A stretch of DNA of 32,000 nt from Nostoc mirabile CHAB5784 (GCF_020829645.1 NZ_JAIVFS010000053.1:18504-50503), one strand, 5' to 3'; positions 1-8,125 are shown, numbered from the stretch's first letter. A program made the numbers and translations. The notes: generated by a model not told the origin, from the sequence alone.

Positions 1-1820
1 AACAATTGCGGAATGTGATCATACCCATCTACACCAATAACCGCAATGATTTTAGGGCGATGTTGCTGTAAGAACTTTTGAAAAGCTTCTGCCCCTATCT
101 GTCCTTGTAAAATTGTTAGTAATCCTGCCGCTTGACGCCATTCACGAGAAGCAATTTGCTCCAAAAGATACATTCCCAAACAGCCAGTGTAAACAGTTTT
201 TTCAGAGTTTTGTAAATGGTAATAAGCTTCTGATAAATAAGCTAAGTTACGCCCTTGAAGATACAAATCACCGGAAACTTGCGCTGTTTTAAAGCCATCT
301 TCAAGATATTTAATTGCAGTTTGGTGTTCTCCAATTACTAAATAGGCAATTCCTAAGCTGCTGACACATAAGGCTTTACTTTGAATATCGCCTAATTTTT
401 CTGATAATTTTAAACCTTGTTCTAAATAGTTAATTGCGGCTTCATAGGTTTCTGGTTCTAGATTCTCCAGTTGTTGAGCCTGCATGACTTCGCTGTAACC
501 TAAATTTACCAGCGCGTTTGCTTCCCCTGTTCTATCGCCTGCTTGCCGACTCAGTATTAATGCTCGTTGACTGTAGTTAATTGCCTCAGCATAATTTTGC
601 TGTTGCACATAGGTGCGGCTGAGGTGGTTGAGATTGGCGATTTCACAGGCGCGATCGCCTGCATTTCTGGCTATCTCTAACGCCTCCTGATGAAAATCAA
701 TAGAGCGCTGGTATTGTCCTAAAGCACGCTGAGAATAGCCTAAAAGGGTCAAAATCCGCGCCTTTTCTTGGGTTCCCTCGCCTCGTCGTAGCGGTTCATC
801 CAAATAATCTAGGGCATCTCGCAAATAAGTGCCAGTAAAAGAGGCAAAAATCCCGCCGTAAAAGGGAAAATATGGACGCTGGGCAAAGGTTCGCAAAATC
901 TGGAGCATAATTTGAGAACAGGCATCGCTGTATACTGTCCCAATGCTCCTAAAACCACTTGCTAACTGACTCCAAATCACTGCAAAGGTCAAAAAAGTGG
1001 AAATGGACAACTTTGGCCCGGCTTTAACATCGTAAGCTTGTTGGTCAAACCAGTTAATTAGTCCCCGTTGCAAGTACTGTAAAATCAATGCCATTTCCAC
1101 CCAATCTCTAAGGGTGATCCCCCGTTGTCGCTCGGCAAACTCTATGGCAGATTCTTCCATAGCTAAGGTGCGAAGCAGTGCTTGGGGTAACTCACTATTG
1201 AGTTGTTTCGCCCAACTTGCCCAAGGGCCACGTTCTCCTGGTACGCCGCCAAATCCCAGAGATTCTTTTTGCTCGTACATCCAACTGAGCAAGTTGTCTT
1301 GCAATCGCTGCCAAGAAGCTAAACCACGGGTAATACCTTCGGAAAATTGTTGTAAATCAGCATCTGCCTGGGCAAATTGCTGTAATGCTTTTGACAACTG
1401 CTGTAGCTGTTGCAAATTTAGCGGATACTTCTGATTGGGATCAGTAACCCTTAAAAACACCGCTAGACGCTCGTCAGCAGTGGCTGTGGTAATTTCTGTA
1501 ACTGCGGAGGCGATCGCTTCTGTGACTTTGTTTTGCTCCTGCCAACGTTGCCATTGACTTTGAATAGTTTTAATGGCTCTCAAACTCCGAGTAGCCTTAG
1601 CTTTTTTGAGTTCGTCTTTTTCATTATCGACTTGGCTTTGGAGAGCATTCAGGCGATCGCTCAAAACTAGCTCAAAGACTTCCCCTGTACCAGAAGTAAT
1701 CCCTTTAAGCAGCATTTGATACACCATCTCAACAGAGCTAATTTTGCCCTTGAGGGTGGTTTCGACAATTTCATCAATTAAGGCAAGATAGCGATCGCGC
1801 AATGGCAAAGAGTCTGGCAC
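1..1820 (-). CDS. TPR-repeat protein, partial (C-terminus lies beyond the window edge); GTG start
   Basis: An uninterrupted minus-strand frame runs from GTG (1818-1820) to position 1. It is absent from the ORF track because no stop lies inside the window. My translation starts VPDSLPLRDRYLALIDEIVETTLKGK. The C-terminal half shows TPR-like units such as ALGQYQRSIDFHQEALEIARNAGDR and NYAEAINYSQRALILSRQAGDR. The in-frame stop upstream is at about 1839-1841. Confidence 0.65.
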   Translation of the reverse strand, partial: MPDSLPLRDRYLALIDEIVETTLKGKISSVEMVYQMLLKGITSGTGEVFELVLSDRLNALQSQVDNEKDELKKAKATRSLRAIKTIQSQWQRWQEQNKVTEAIASAVTEITTATADERLAVFLRVTDPNQKYPLNLQQLQQLSKALQQFAQADADLQQFSEGITRGLASWQRLQDNLLSWMYEQKESLGFGGVPGERGPWASWAKQLNSELPQALLRTLAMEESAIEFAERQRGITLRDWVEMALILQYLQRGLINWFDQQAYDVKAGPKLSISTFLTFAVIWSQLASGFRSIGTVYSDACSQIMLQILRTFAQRPYFPFYGGIFASFTGTYLRDALDYLDEPLRRGEGTQEKARILTLLGYSQRALGQYQRSIDFHQEALEIARNAGDRACEIANLNHLSRTYVQQQNYAEAINYSQRALILSRQAGDRTGEANALVNLGYSEVMQAQQLENLEPETYEAAINYLEQGLKLSEKLGDIQSKALCVSSLGIAYLVIGEHQTAIKYLEDGFKTAQVSGDLYLQGRNLAYLSEAYYHLQNSEKTVYTGCLGMYLLEQIASREWRQAAGLLTILQGQIGAEAFQKFLQQHRPKIIAVIGVDGYDHIPQL

Positions 1821-2057
1821 TTTGGCTACTAAAGAATGTCACGTCCATTCTAATTCTAGTCTGAGTTTGACCGAGTGGATTGGACGTTTGTAGGGATTGA
1901 GAGCATTCGAGGGGTAGGCAATGTCTGACGGGCTGACTAAGGTGGGGCGTTTATACATCTCATAGTGTGTCTAAAATAAAGTTAAACGGAGGTATTGATA
2001 TATCAATGCATTTGCTATACATTTTTTATGTAAGTTTTAATTTTACAGGTTTAAGGA

Positions 2058-2294
2058 ATGGTTATTAAAATTTTAAAATTAAGTACTCTGACGGTGCTTA
2101 CCGAAGAAGAACAAGAAAGCTGTAAAGGAGGTATTGGCGAGACCGTTCCTGCCGTTACCAAAGCCGTAAAGGCAATCGTTAATAACACGGGTGGTACTAC
2201 CATTCCTTTGACCATAAGTGGTGCTAAGGATGCTGTGAAACTCACTACAGATCCCCTAATAGATGTTGTGCAAAAACAACTTGAAACAACGTAA
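2058..2294 (+). CDS. Small secreted-peptide candidate with a double-glycine-type leader (bacteriocin/RiPP-precursor-like)
   Basis: 78-aa ORF. The N-terminus LSTLTVLTEEEQESCKGG resembles the L-x-x-x-E-x(5)-GG leader cleaved by C39-peptidase ABC exporters. It is followed by a Thr/Val/Ala-rich core and a strong hairpin terminator on the same strand. Confidence 0.45.
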   Translation: MVIKILKLSTLTVLTEEEQESCKGGIGETVPAVTKAVKAIVNNTGGTTIPLTISGAKDAVKLTTDPLIDVVQKQLETT

Positions 2295-2373
2295 GTATAA
2301 GTTGCTACTAGCAATTTTATAAGATAGAAAGCAGCTATTGTTCTTACGTTTAAAAAGGTGGTATTGAAACAAG

Positions 2374-2406
2374 AACCGGAGAAGACAAAAAACTTCTCCG
2401 GTTTTG
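2374..2406 (+). terminator. Rho-independent terminator
   Basis: Perfect 11-bp stem AACCGGAGAAG / CTTCTCCGGTT with loop ACAAAAAA, followed by TTTTG. It lies 80 nt after the stop of the 2058-2294 ORF. Confidence 0.6.
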
Positions 2407-2453
2407 CACCTTGTATCTAGTGCATTTTCCGCTAATATAAATTTTCTACTTTA

Positions 2454-2864
2454 GTAGGACTTACGCACTGTACAAATGCATCGTGATGTGCATTACCTAT
2501 CTTGAGGAAGTTTTCAGGCTTTTCTTAATTATCCTGCGATCGTAAATAGACCATACTGTAGGGGCTAAACATTGCTCATTGGTGTCAACTTAACGTAAAA
2601 GTCATGTCTCGCAAGGAACTGAAGTTCCTTGCTAATAGCGAAAGTCTTCTGTTGATGACTAAAATATACCCAAAAATCTGTAGTCTACTTCAGTAGACTT
2701 TAGCTAAAAGCCAAAGAAATTTATTTCTGGGCGGGTGAGGAAGCTAACAGTTAAGCTATTTCTAGCTTAAGTTGACACGTATGAACATTGCTTAGCCCTT
2801 ACGAAAGATATGGTTTTTAACCTTGCTCCATATTTGGTATTTCTTGTCAATGCGTAAGTCCTAT
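2454..2864. mobile_element. Composite (nested) MITE-like element with outer TIR TAGGACTTACGCA
   Basis: The outer inverted repeats are TAGGACTTACGCAcTG (2454-2469) and CAaTGCGTAAGTCCTA (2849-2864). A second, roughly 37-bp imperfect inverted-repeat pair lies inside (2558-2594 and 2766-2802). Two perfect hairpins sit in the centre (2611-2632 and 2682-2699). There is no ORF. Confidence 0.55.
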
Positions 2865-2878
2865 TTTTATTAAACTAT

Positions 2879-3512
2879 TCAAGTACGCCCGGTGAGATTG
2901 GCAACTATAGCTGCTAACTCGGCCGGATTAACTGGCTTGGGCACATGGAGTTGAAAGCCTGCTAAGAGGGCTTGCGTGCGGTCTTCTGCCCTAGCATAGG
3001 CTGTCAGCGCCACTGCTGGAATCCGCCCACCCTGCTCTGTTGTTAGCTTCAATATATTCTGGTGGTATCATGTCGCGCCATCGAAGCCCTGCTAGCAAAT
3101 CCTCTTGCGAATAACCTACCATTGTTAAAAAAGCATCGTTAGCTTCTGCGATCGCCCCGTCCATATTGGCTACAATTACCCCAATAATGTTGGACTCTAC
3201 CAACCTTCTAAATTTTGCCTCGCTTACCTGTAGCTTCTGCAAACTCACTTGAAGATGTTGTTTAGCAGTGCGTAACTCTGAGGTGAGCAAGCTGATGAGT
3301 ATTGTCACCAGCATAAACAAGCCTAACCGCACTATGCTGTCAATATTATCAACAAAAAGCGAAAACACTGGCTCTAAGAAAAAGTAGCTGACGGCTAAAG
3401 TAGACAAAGCAGTAGCTAGTAACCCTGCTTTTATACCGCCATACCAGGTACTAACCGCCACGGCAGGAAAAAATAACAGTAAGCAAAGAATTAGCATAAT
3501 CTGAGCCTGCAA
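2879..3512 (-). pseudogene. Remnant of a hybrid sensor histidine kinase (DUF4118-like TM region + PAS start fused out of frame to the last ~55 aa of a receiver domain)
   Basis: The 173-aa ORF has TM helices (STWYGGIKAGLLATALSTLAVSYFFLEP) and a PAS start (FRRLVESNIIGVIVANMDGAIAEANDAFLTMVGYSQEDLL), then runs into nonsense. A different frame of 2879-3050 reads QGGRIPAVALTAYARAEDRTQALLAGFQLHVPKPVNPAELAAIVANLTGRT*, a typical receiver C-terminus. The HisKA and HATPase regions are missing. Confidence 0.6.
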
Positions 3513-3696
3513 TTGCAGCCGTTTCAGCAGAAAGGTTTGTTGTTGTTATTTGTATGATTCGGCAAGGTTATTGTTGGTTTGTCGATCATACATTCCATTA
3601 CTAACGAGCGTATCTACTTGGGTTTTGTCAGAGTTACTTGGATGAATTATGCACTTTTTGCGTTATTAGTAATCAAGGGACTAGGGACTCAATTCT

Positions 3697-3745
3697 ACCC
3701 AATCCCCAATCCCCAGTACCCAGTACCTAATCCCCAATCCCCATA
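3697..3745. repeat. STRR-type heptamer tract (7 units: ACCCAAT CCCCAAT CCCCAGT ACCCAGT ACCTAAT CCCCAAT CCCCATA)
   Basis: Direct reading. The tract ends 1 nt before the ATG at 3747. Confidence 0.9.
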
Positions 3746-3746
3746 A

Positions 3747-5396
3747 ATGGCTCGTACTCCTACATTAAATTTTGATCGCGGCACATTAATTTTGCATCCA
3801 CCACCACGCGGCAAAGGTTGGATGGATTATGCTACGTGGGATGATAGAGTTGAAAAATTCCGCATTCCAGCAATTAGATACCGATCGCTAGTGGAAGCAC
3901 TACAAGCGGAAGATGTTTATTTTATCGATGAGGCAAAGCAATTTTATCCTGTAGATTTGGTTTCCAGTTTGGAAATGGAACCCTATCCCCACCAGACTGA
4001 GGCGCTAGCAGCTTGGAAACTGGCGGGTAGACAGGGGGTCGTCGTACTTCCGACGGCGGCGGGAAAGACTTATTTAGCGCAAATGGCGATGCAGTCAACG
4101 CCGCGCACGACGCTAATTGTGGTGCCAACTTTGGATTTGATGCATCAGTGGTATGCACACTTGGTAGCGGCTTTCCCCGATGCTGAGGTGGGATTGTTGG
4201 GGGGTGGTTCGCGGGATAGAACGGCAATTCTAGTTGCAACTTATGATAGTGCAGCAATTCACGCTGAGACGTTGGGAAATCAATATGCGTTGCTTGTTTT
4301 TGACGAATGTCATCATTTACCAACAGATTTTAATCGGGTGATTGCTGAATATGCGATCGCACCTTATCGCCTTGGACTCTCCGCTACACCAGAACGCACC
4401 GATGGTAAACACGCTGACTTAAATATCCTCATTGGTCAAGAAGTATATCGCAAACGCGCTGAAGATTTGGCGGGGAAGGCGTTAGCAGAACATGAAATTG
4501 TCCAAATTAAGGTAAAGTTATCGCAACTTGAGCGGGAAAGATACAATCAACTAATTCAAACTCGCAACGACTTTTTAAAGCAATCAAAGATTTCTTTAGG
4601 GAGTCTGCAAGGTTGGCAAATGTTCGTGCAAATGAGTGCTAGATCGCAATCTGGACGTAGGGCGATGTTAGCGCACCGAGAAGCCAAAGATATCGCTTTG
4701 GGTACTGATGGGAAGTTGCGAATTCTGATTGATTTATTGGCAGAACATTATCCGGCAAGAATTTTGATTTTTACTGCTGATAATGCGACGGTTTATCGCA
4801 TTTCTCAAGAGTTGCTAATTCCGGCAATTACTCATCAAACTCCTGTGAAGGAACGCCATGAGATATTAACAAAGTTTCGGGAGGGTAAATATAATACTTT
4901 GGTTGCTTCTCATGTGTTGAATGAAGGGGTTGATGTACCTGCGGCTTCTGTGGCGATTATTTTATCGGGGACGGGTTCGGCTAGGGAGTATACTCAGCGC
5001 TTGGGGAGGATTTTACGAAAGGGGAATATTGAGAATAAGCAGGCGATTTTGTATGAGGTGGTGGCGGAGGATACGAGTGAGGAGGGGACTTCGGCTAGGC
5101 GGAGAGGGGAGAGGAGAGACGAACCGCAGAGGCGCAAAGGACGCAGAGAGGAGGAGGAGAAGAGAGGGAAGTTACAGGTTGTGTATGGGAGTGGGAAGGA
5201 AAGGAGTTTGAAGGCTGCGGAACAGTTAGAAATTAATTATTCAGTCCAAAATCGTTCGACTGAGCAAAGCCGTTCGCGTAGCGTTCCGCAGGAAAGTCCA
5301 AAATCTAAAATCCAAAATTCAGCAGATGTTACCGACAGATTTACTGATGCATCGCCAAAACGGGGAGGAGATCATTCCGAAGAGACTGAAGATTGA
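3747..5396 (+). CDS. XPB/Rad25-like SF2 DNA helicase with a charged, low-complexity C-terminal tail
   Basis: Motif I is LPTAAGKT, motif II is FDECHH and motif III is SATPER. The C-terminal helicase lobe reads HQTPVKERHEILTKFREGKYNTLVASHVLNEGVDVP and TQRLGRILR. The N-terminus LNFDRGTLIL is typical of XPB-type damage-recognition domains. A DUF790 gene lies immediately downstream. Confidence 0.8.
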   Translation: MARTPTLNFDRGTLILHPPPRGKGWMDYATWDDRVEKFRIPAIRYRSLVEALQAEDVYFIDEAKQFYPVDLVSSLEMEPYPHQTEALAAWKLAGRQGVVVLPTAAGKTYLAQMAMQSTPRTTLIVVPTLDLMHQWYAHLVAAFPDAEVGLLGGGSRDRTAILVATYDSAAIHAETLGNQYALLVFDECHHLPTDFNRVIAEYAIAPYRLGLSATPERTDGKHADLNILIGQEVYRKRAEDLAGKALAEHEIVQIKVKLSQLERERYNQLIQTRNDFLKQSKISLGSLQGWQMFVQMSARSQSGRRAMLAHREAKDIALGTDGKLRILIDLLAEHYPARILIFTADNATVYRISQELLIPAITHQTPVKERHEILTKFREGKYNTLVASHVLNEGVDVPAASVAIILSGTGSAREYTQRLGRILRKGNIENKQAILYEVVAEDTSEEGTSARRRGERRDEPQRRKGRREEEEKRGKLQVVYGSGKERSLKAAEQLEINYSVQNRSTEQSRSRSVPQESPKSKIQNSADVTDRFTDASPKRGGDHSEETED

Positions 5397-6540
5397 TCAG
5401 AAAACTTCGGAGTTGGCGATTGAGTTAATTAATTATTTTCAATCAGCAGTGGGGAAGACTCAAGGTGTGCTTGAGCGACAATTGACTGATTTTGAAGGAG
5501 ATTCTACAGATTATCGGGTGAAGCGGGGATTAGCTTATATTCTCAAAAGCAGTTTTTGCACTTTTGAGGTGGTTAGTCCTTTGGAGCCACAGATGTTAAG
5601 AGAACGGGTGTTTTCGTTGGCTGCAAAGTCGGTTTCTAGTCGAGAATATACACAAGTTACTTTGAGTAAAATTGCTGATGAATTAACTCAAGAACTTGAG
5701 CGGGAAGTTTTATTAGAACAGGTTCGGAATGGACTCTATGCTGATTTATCTGAAAATAAAATTTTGACAGTGTTTGATGCACCAACAGCGCCAGATTTGT
5801 TAAATCGATATAACTTATCTCAGGTGCAGGGTGTATTTTATAAGGCCAGTCAATTGGTGTTAAATGCTCACCGAAATGTTCCGGGTGAATATAAGCTGTT
5901 ATTTCGCTATTTGAAGTTGTTTCAATTGATGGCTTATATTGAAGGTGATGCTGACCACGGGTTTACAATTACGATAGATGGGCCGACGAGTTTGTTTAAT
6001 CCTAGTACGCGATATGGGTTAGCGATCGCTAAACTTATTCCGGCTTTACTTCACGTTACTAAATGGAGTCTTTCGTCGATTCTCCAAACCCGCGATGCTT
6101 ATACAAATACTTGGAAAACTGGACGTTTTACTCTCAATTCCGAATGTGGTTTGGTATCCCATTATCCACCAGGTAAACCCTACGATAGTATGCTAGAAGC
6201 ATCCTTTGCTGATAAGTGGGATGCGTTGAAAAGTGGTTGGGCGTTAGAGCGAGAAGTTGATTTGATACCGATTCCTGGTAGCGTAATGATTCCTGATTTT
6301 CGCTTGGTGCATTCTGATGGACGTACTTTCTTGTTAGAAATTGTTGGTTATTGGCGACCAGAATATTTACAAAAGAAGTTTTCTCAGGTGCGGAAGGCTG
6401 GACGTGATGACTTGATTTTGGCTATTTCCGAGCGGCTTAATTTAGAAAAAGCGGGAGTAAAATTAAATGATGTCCCCGCGAGAATTGTTTGGTTTAAAGA
6501 TAAGTTATTGCCAAAAGCTGTGTTAGCTGTAATGGATTGA
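5326..6540 (+). CDS. DUF790 family nuclease (Bax1-like partner of XPB)
   Basis: 404 aa with the N-terminus MLPTDLLMHRQNGEEIIP. The C-terminal PD-(D/E)XK-like block is MIPDFRLVHSDGRTFLLEIVGYWRPEYLQKKF. Its start overlaps the helicase ORF by 71 nt. Confidence 0.75.
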   Translation: MLPTDLLMHRQNGEEIIPKRLKIDQKTSELAIELINYFQSAVGKTQGVLERQLTDFEGDSTDYRVKRGLAYILKSSFCTFEVVSPLEPQMLRERVFSLAAKSVSSREYTQVTLSKIADELTQELEREVLLEQVRNGLYADLSENKILTVFDAPTAPDLLNRYNLSQVQGVFYKASQLVLNAHRNVPGEYKLLFRYLKLFQLMAYIEGDADHGFTITIDGPTSLFNPSTRYGLAIAKLIPALLHVTKWSLSSILQTRDAYTNTWKTGRFTLNSECGLVSHYPPGKPYDSMLEASFADKWDALKSGWALEREVDLIPIPGSVMIPDFRLVHSDGRTFLLEIVGYWRPEYLQKKFSQVRKAGRDDLILAISERLNLEKAGVKLNDVPARIVWFKDKLLPKAVLAVMD

Positions 6541-6555
6541 TTAAGGATAAATGAG

Positions 6556-6798
6556 ATGAAAATTATAGAAACAATTGCCACAGTTACCAAAGATGGTAAT
6601 ATTACAGCCCAATTACCATTGGATATTCCAGAGGGTGAGCATCAGGTGGTGATAGTAATTGATGAAAAGCCTGTGGTAGAGAAACCAGAGAGCAAACAAA
6701 AGCGTCCTCCTCTAAACTTTCCTGTGCATAATTATGGGCCTTGGCCTGAAAATCTTTCTTTAAGACGTGAGGATATGTATGGTGATTGGGGGCGGTAA
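6556..6798 (+). CDS. Putative VapB-type antitoxin, copy 1 of 3
   Basis: 80-aa ORF (MKIIETIATVTKDGNITAQLPLDIPEGEHQVVIVIDEK...). It is about 90 percent identical in nucleotides to copy 3, which precedes an intact PIN gene. Confidence 0.6.
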   Translation: MKIIETIATVTKDGNITAQLPLDIPEGEHQVVIVIDEKPVVEKPESKQKRPPLNFPVHNYGPWPENLSLRREDMYGDWGR

Positions 6799-6877
6799 TC
6801 CTGTTTTTCTGGACACGAACATCTTAATGTATGCAAATGTGTCTGAATATCGCTTTTACCAAGTAGTGATGTATTAA
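6779..6877 (+). pseudogene. 5' stub of a PIN (VapC) toxin gene, 32 codons
   Basis: Reads MVIGGGNPVFLDTNILMYANVSEYRFYQVVMY*. It matches the first ~27 codons of the intact PIN gene at 7450, then breaks at the duplication junction CAAG/TAGTGATGTATTAATC. Confidence 0.7.
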
Positions 6878-6892
6878 TCTAATAGAAATACT

Positions 6893-7129
6893 ATGAAAAC
6901 TATAGAAACAATTGCCACAGTTACAAAAGATGGTAAAATTACAGCGCAGTTACCATTGGATATTCCAGAAGGTGAACATCAGGTGGTAATAGTAATTGAT
7001 GAAAAGCTTTTGACTGAAGAAACGGAGAAGAAAGAAAAGAAAGCACCTCTCAAATTTTCCGCCTATCCTGTAGGATTAGTCTCGGAAAGTTTAACTTTCC
7101 GCAGAGAAGACCTTTATGCAAACGACTAA
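6893..7129 (+). CDS. Putative VapB-type antitoxin, copy 2 of 3 (divergent C-terminal half)
   Basis: 78-aa ORF. The first 38 aa are nearly identical to copies 1 and 3, and the remainder (LLTEETEKKEKKAPLKFSAYPVGLVSESLTFRREDLYAND) diverges. Confidence 0.55.
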   Translation: MKTIETIATVTKDGKITAQLPLDIPEGEHQVVIVIDEKLLTEETEKKEKKAPLKFSAYPVGLVSESLTFRREDLYAND

Positions 7130-7211
7130 TAACCCTGTATTCATCGATACGAATATTTTAGTTTATGCAAATGTGTCCGAATCTCCCTTTCACCAAGTAG
7201 TGATGTATTAA
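7116..7211 (+). pseudogene. 5' stub of a PIN (VapC) toxin gene, 31 codons
   Basis: Reads MQTTNNPVFIDTNILVYANVSESPFHQVVMY*. It has the same junction sequence as the first stub. Confidence 0.7.
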
Positions 7212-7226
7212 TCTAATAGAAATAGT

Positions 7227-7469
7227 ATGAAAAGTATAGAAACAATTGCCACAGTTACCAAAGATGGTAAGATTACAGCGCAGTTACCATTGGATATTCC
7301 AGAGGGTGAGCATCAGGTGGTAATAGTAATTGATGAAAAGCCTTTAGTACAGAAAGCAGAGAGCAGGGAGAAACGTCCTCCTCTAAACTTTCCTGTAGAT
7401 AATTATGGTTATTGGCCTGAGAATCTTTCTCTAAGACGTGAGAATATGTATGGTGATTGGGGTCGCTAA
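7227..7469 (+). CDS. Putative VapB-type antitoxin, copy 3 of 3 (adjacent to the intact toxin)
   Basis: 80-aa ORF that overlaps the PIN gene start by 20 nt. Confidence 0.65.
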   Translation: MKSIETIATVTKDGKITAQLPLDIPEGEHQVVIVIDEKPLVQKAESREKRPPLNFPVDNYGYWPENLSLRRENMYGDWGR

Positions 7470-7902
7470 CTCTGTATTTCTGGACACGAACATCTTGGTG
7501 TATGCAAATGTGTCCGAATCTCCCTTTCACCAAGCAGCACTACAAGCTATTGAAAATCGTTATGACGCAGGAATTGAGTTATGGATTAGTCGCCAGGTGT
7601 TGCGGGAATTCTTGATGATTCTCAGTCGTCCACAAGCATTGATGAATCCCCGACCTGTTGCGATCATAATTGAGCGTACCCGATTTTTTCAAGCTCAATT
7701 TCGAGTAGCTGACGAAACCGCCCAAGTGACAGAAAGACTTTTATCTCTAATGGAGCAAATTGCTATTGGTGGGAAGCAAGTTCATGATGCAAATATTGTC
7801 GCCACGATGCTGGTTTATGGTATTCCTCAATTACTAACTCACAACACAGGTGATTTTGCAAGATTTTCTGGGTTAATTACTGTCTTGCCATTACAAGGTT
7901 AG
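7450..7902 (+). CDS. vapC: PIN-domain toxin (VapC family)
   Basis: Carries the FLDTNILVYA N-terminal acidic motif and HDANIVATM later. I prefer the ATG at 7450 (MVIGVANSVFLDTN) over the track start at 7438. Confidence 0.8.
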   Translation: MVIGVANSVFLDTNILVYANVSESPFHQAALQAIENRYDAGIELWISRQVLREFLMILSRPQALMNPRPVAIIIERTRFFQAQFRVADETAQVTERLLSLMEQIAIGGKQVHDANIVATMLVYGIPQLLTHNTGDFARFSGLITVLPLQG

Positions 7903-7967
7903 ATTGCTTGTTATTACTACTCGTGAAAATTTACTTCACGTTATGAAATGCAGTCTTTCGGTAATTG

Positions 7968-8123
7968 TGCAATCCCACTCAATACGGTTCGGATAAGATC
8001 CCCCCGCCTGCGGCGACCCCCTTAAAAAGGGGGTAAAGAGGAGAAAAAGCCCCCCTTTTTAAGGGGGGTTGGGGGGATTTTCAAGAGACAAATATGTTAA
8101 CCGAACCGTATTGCAATCCCACT
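7968..8123. mobile_element. MITE-like insertion (about 134 bp) with perfect 13-bp TIR and ~11-bp flanking direct repeat
   Basis: The TIRs are CAATACGGTTCGG (7980-7992) and CCGAACCGTATTG (8101-8113). The flanking direct repeats are GCAATCCCACT (7969-7979 and 8113-8123). Internal G/C hairpins include CCCCCTTAAAAAGGGGG. Confidence 0.5.
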
Positions 8124-8125
8124 GA

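Noticed and set aside
1114-1434. 106-aa plus-strand ORF
   Set aside because: It is the antisense shadow of the long TPR-protein frame on the minus strand, and its composition is Cys/Ser-rich nonsense.
2051-2314. 87-aa minus-strand ORF co-extensive with the GG-leader peptide ORF
   Set aside because: The terminator hairpin with its T-tract is oriented for the plus strand, and the plus-strand product has a recognisable leader motif. I cannot fully exclude the minus-strand ORF.
3922-5211. Internal ORFs 3922-4323 (-) and 4921-5211 (+)
   Set aside because: They are shadow or alternative-frame ORFs inside the well-supported helicase gene. The second is an Arg-rich artefact of the purine-rich tail.
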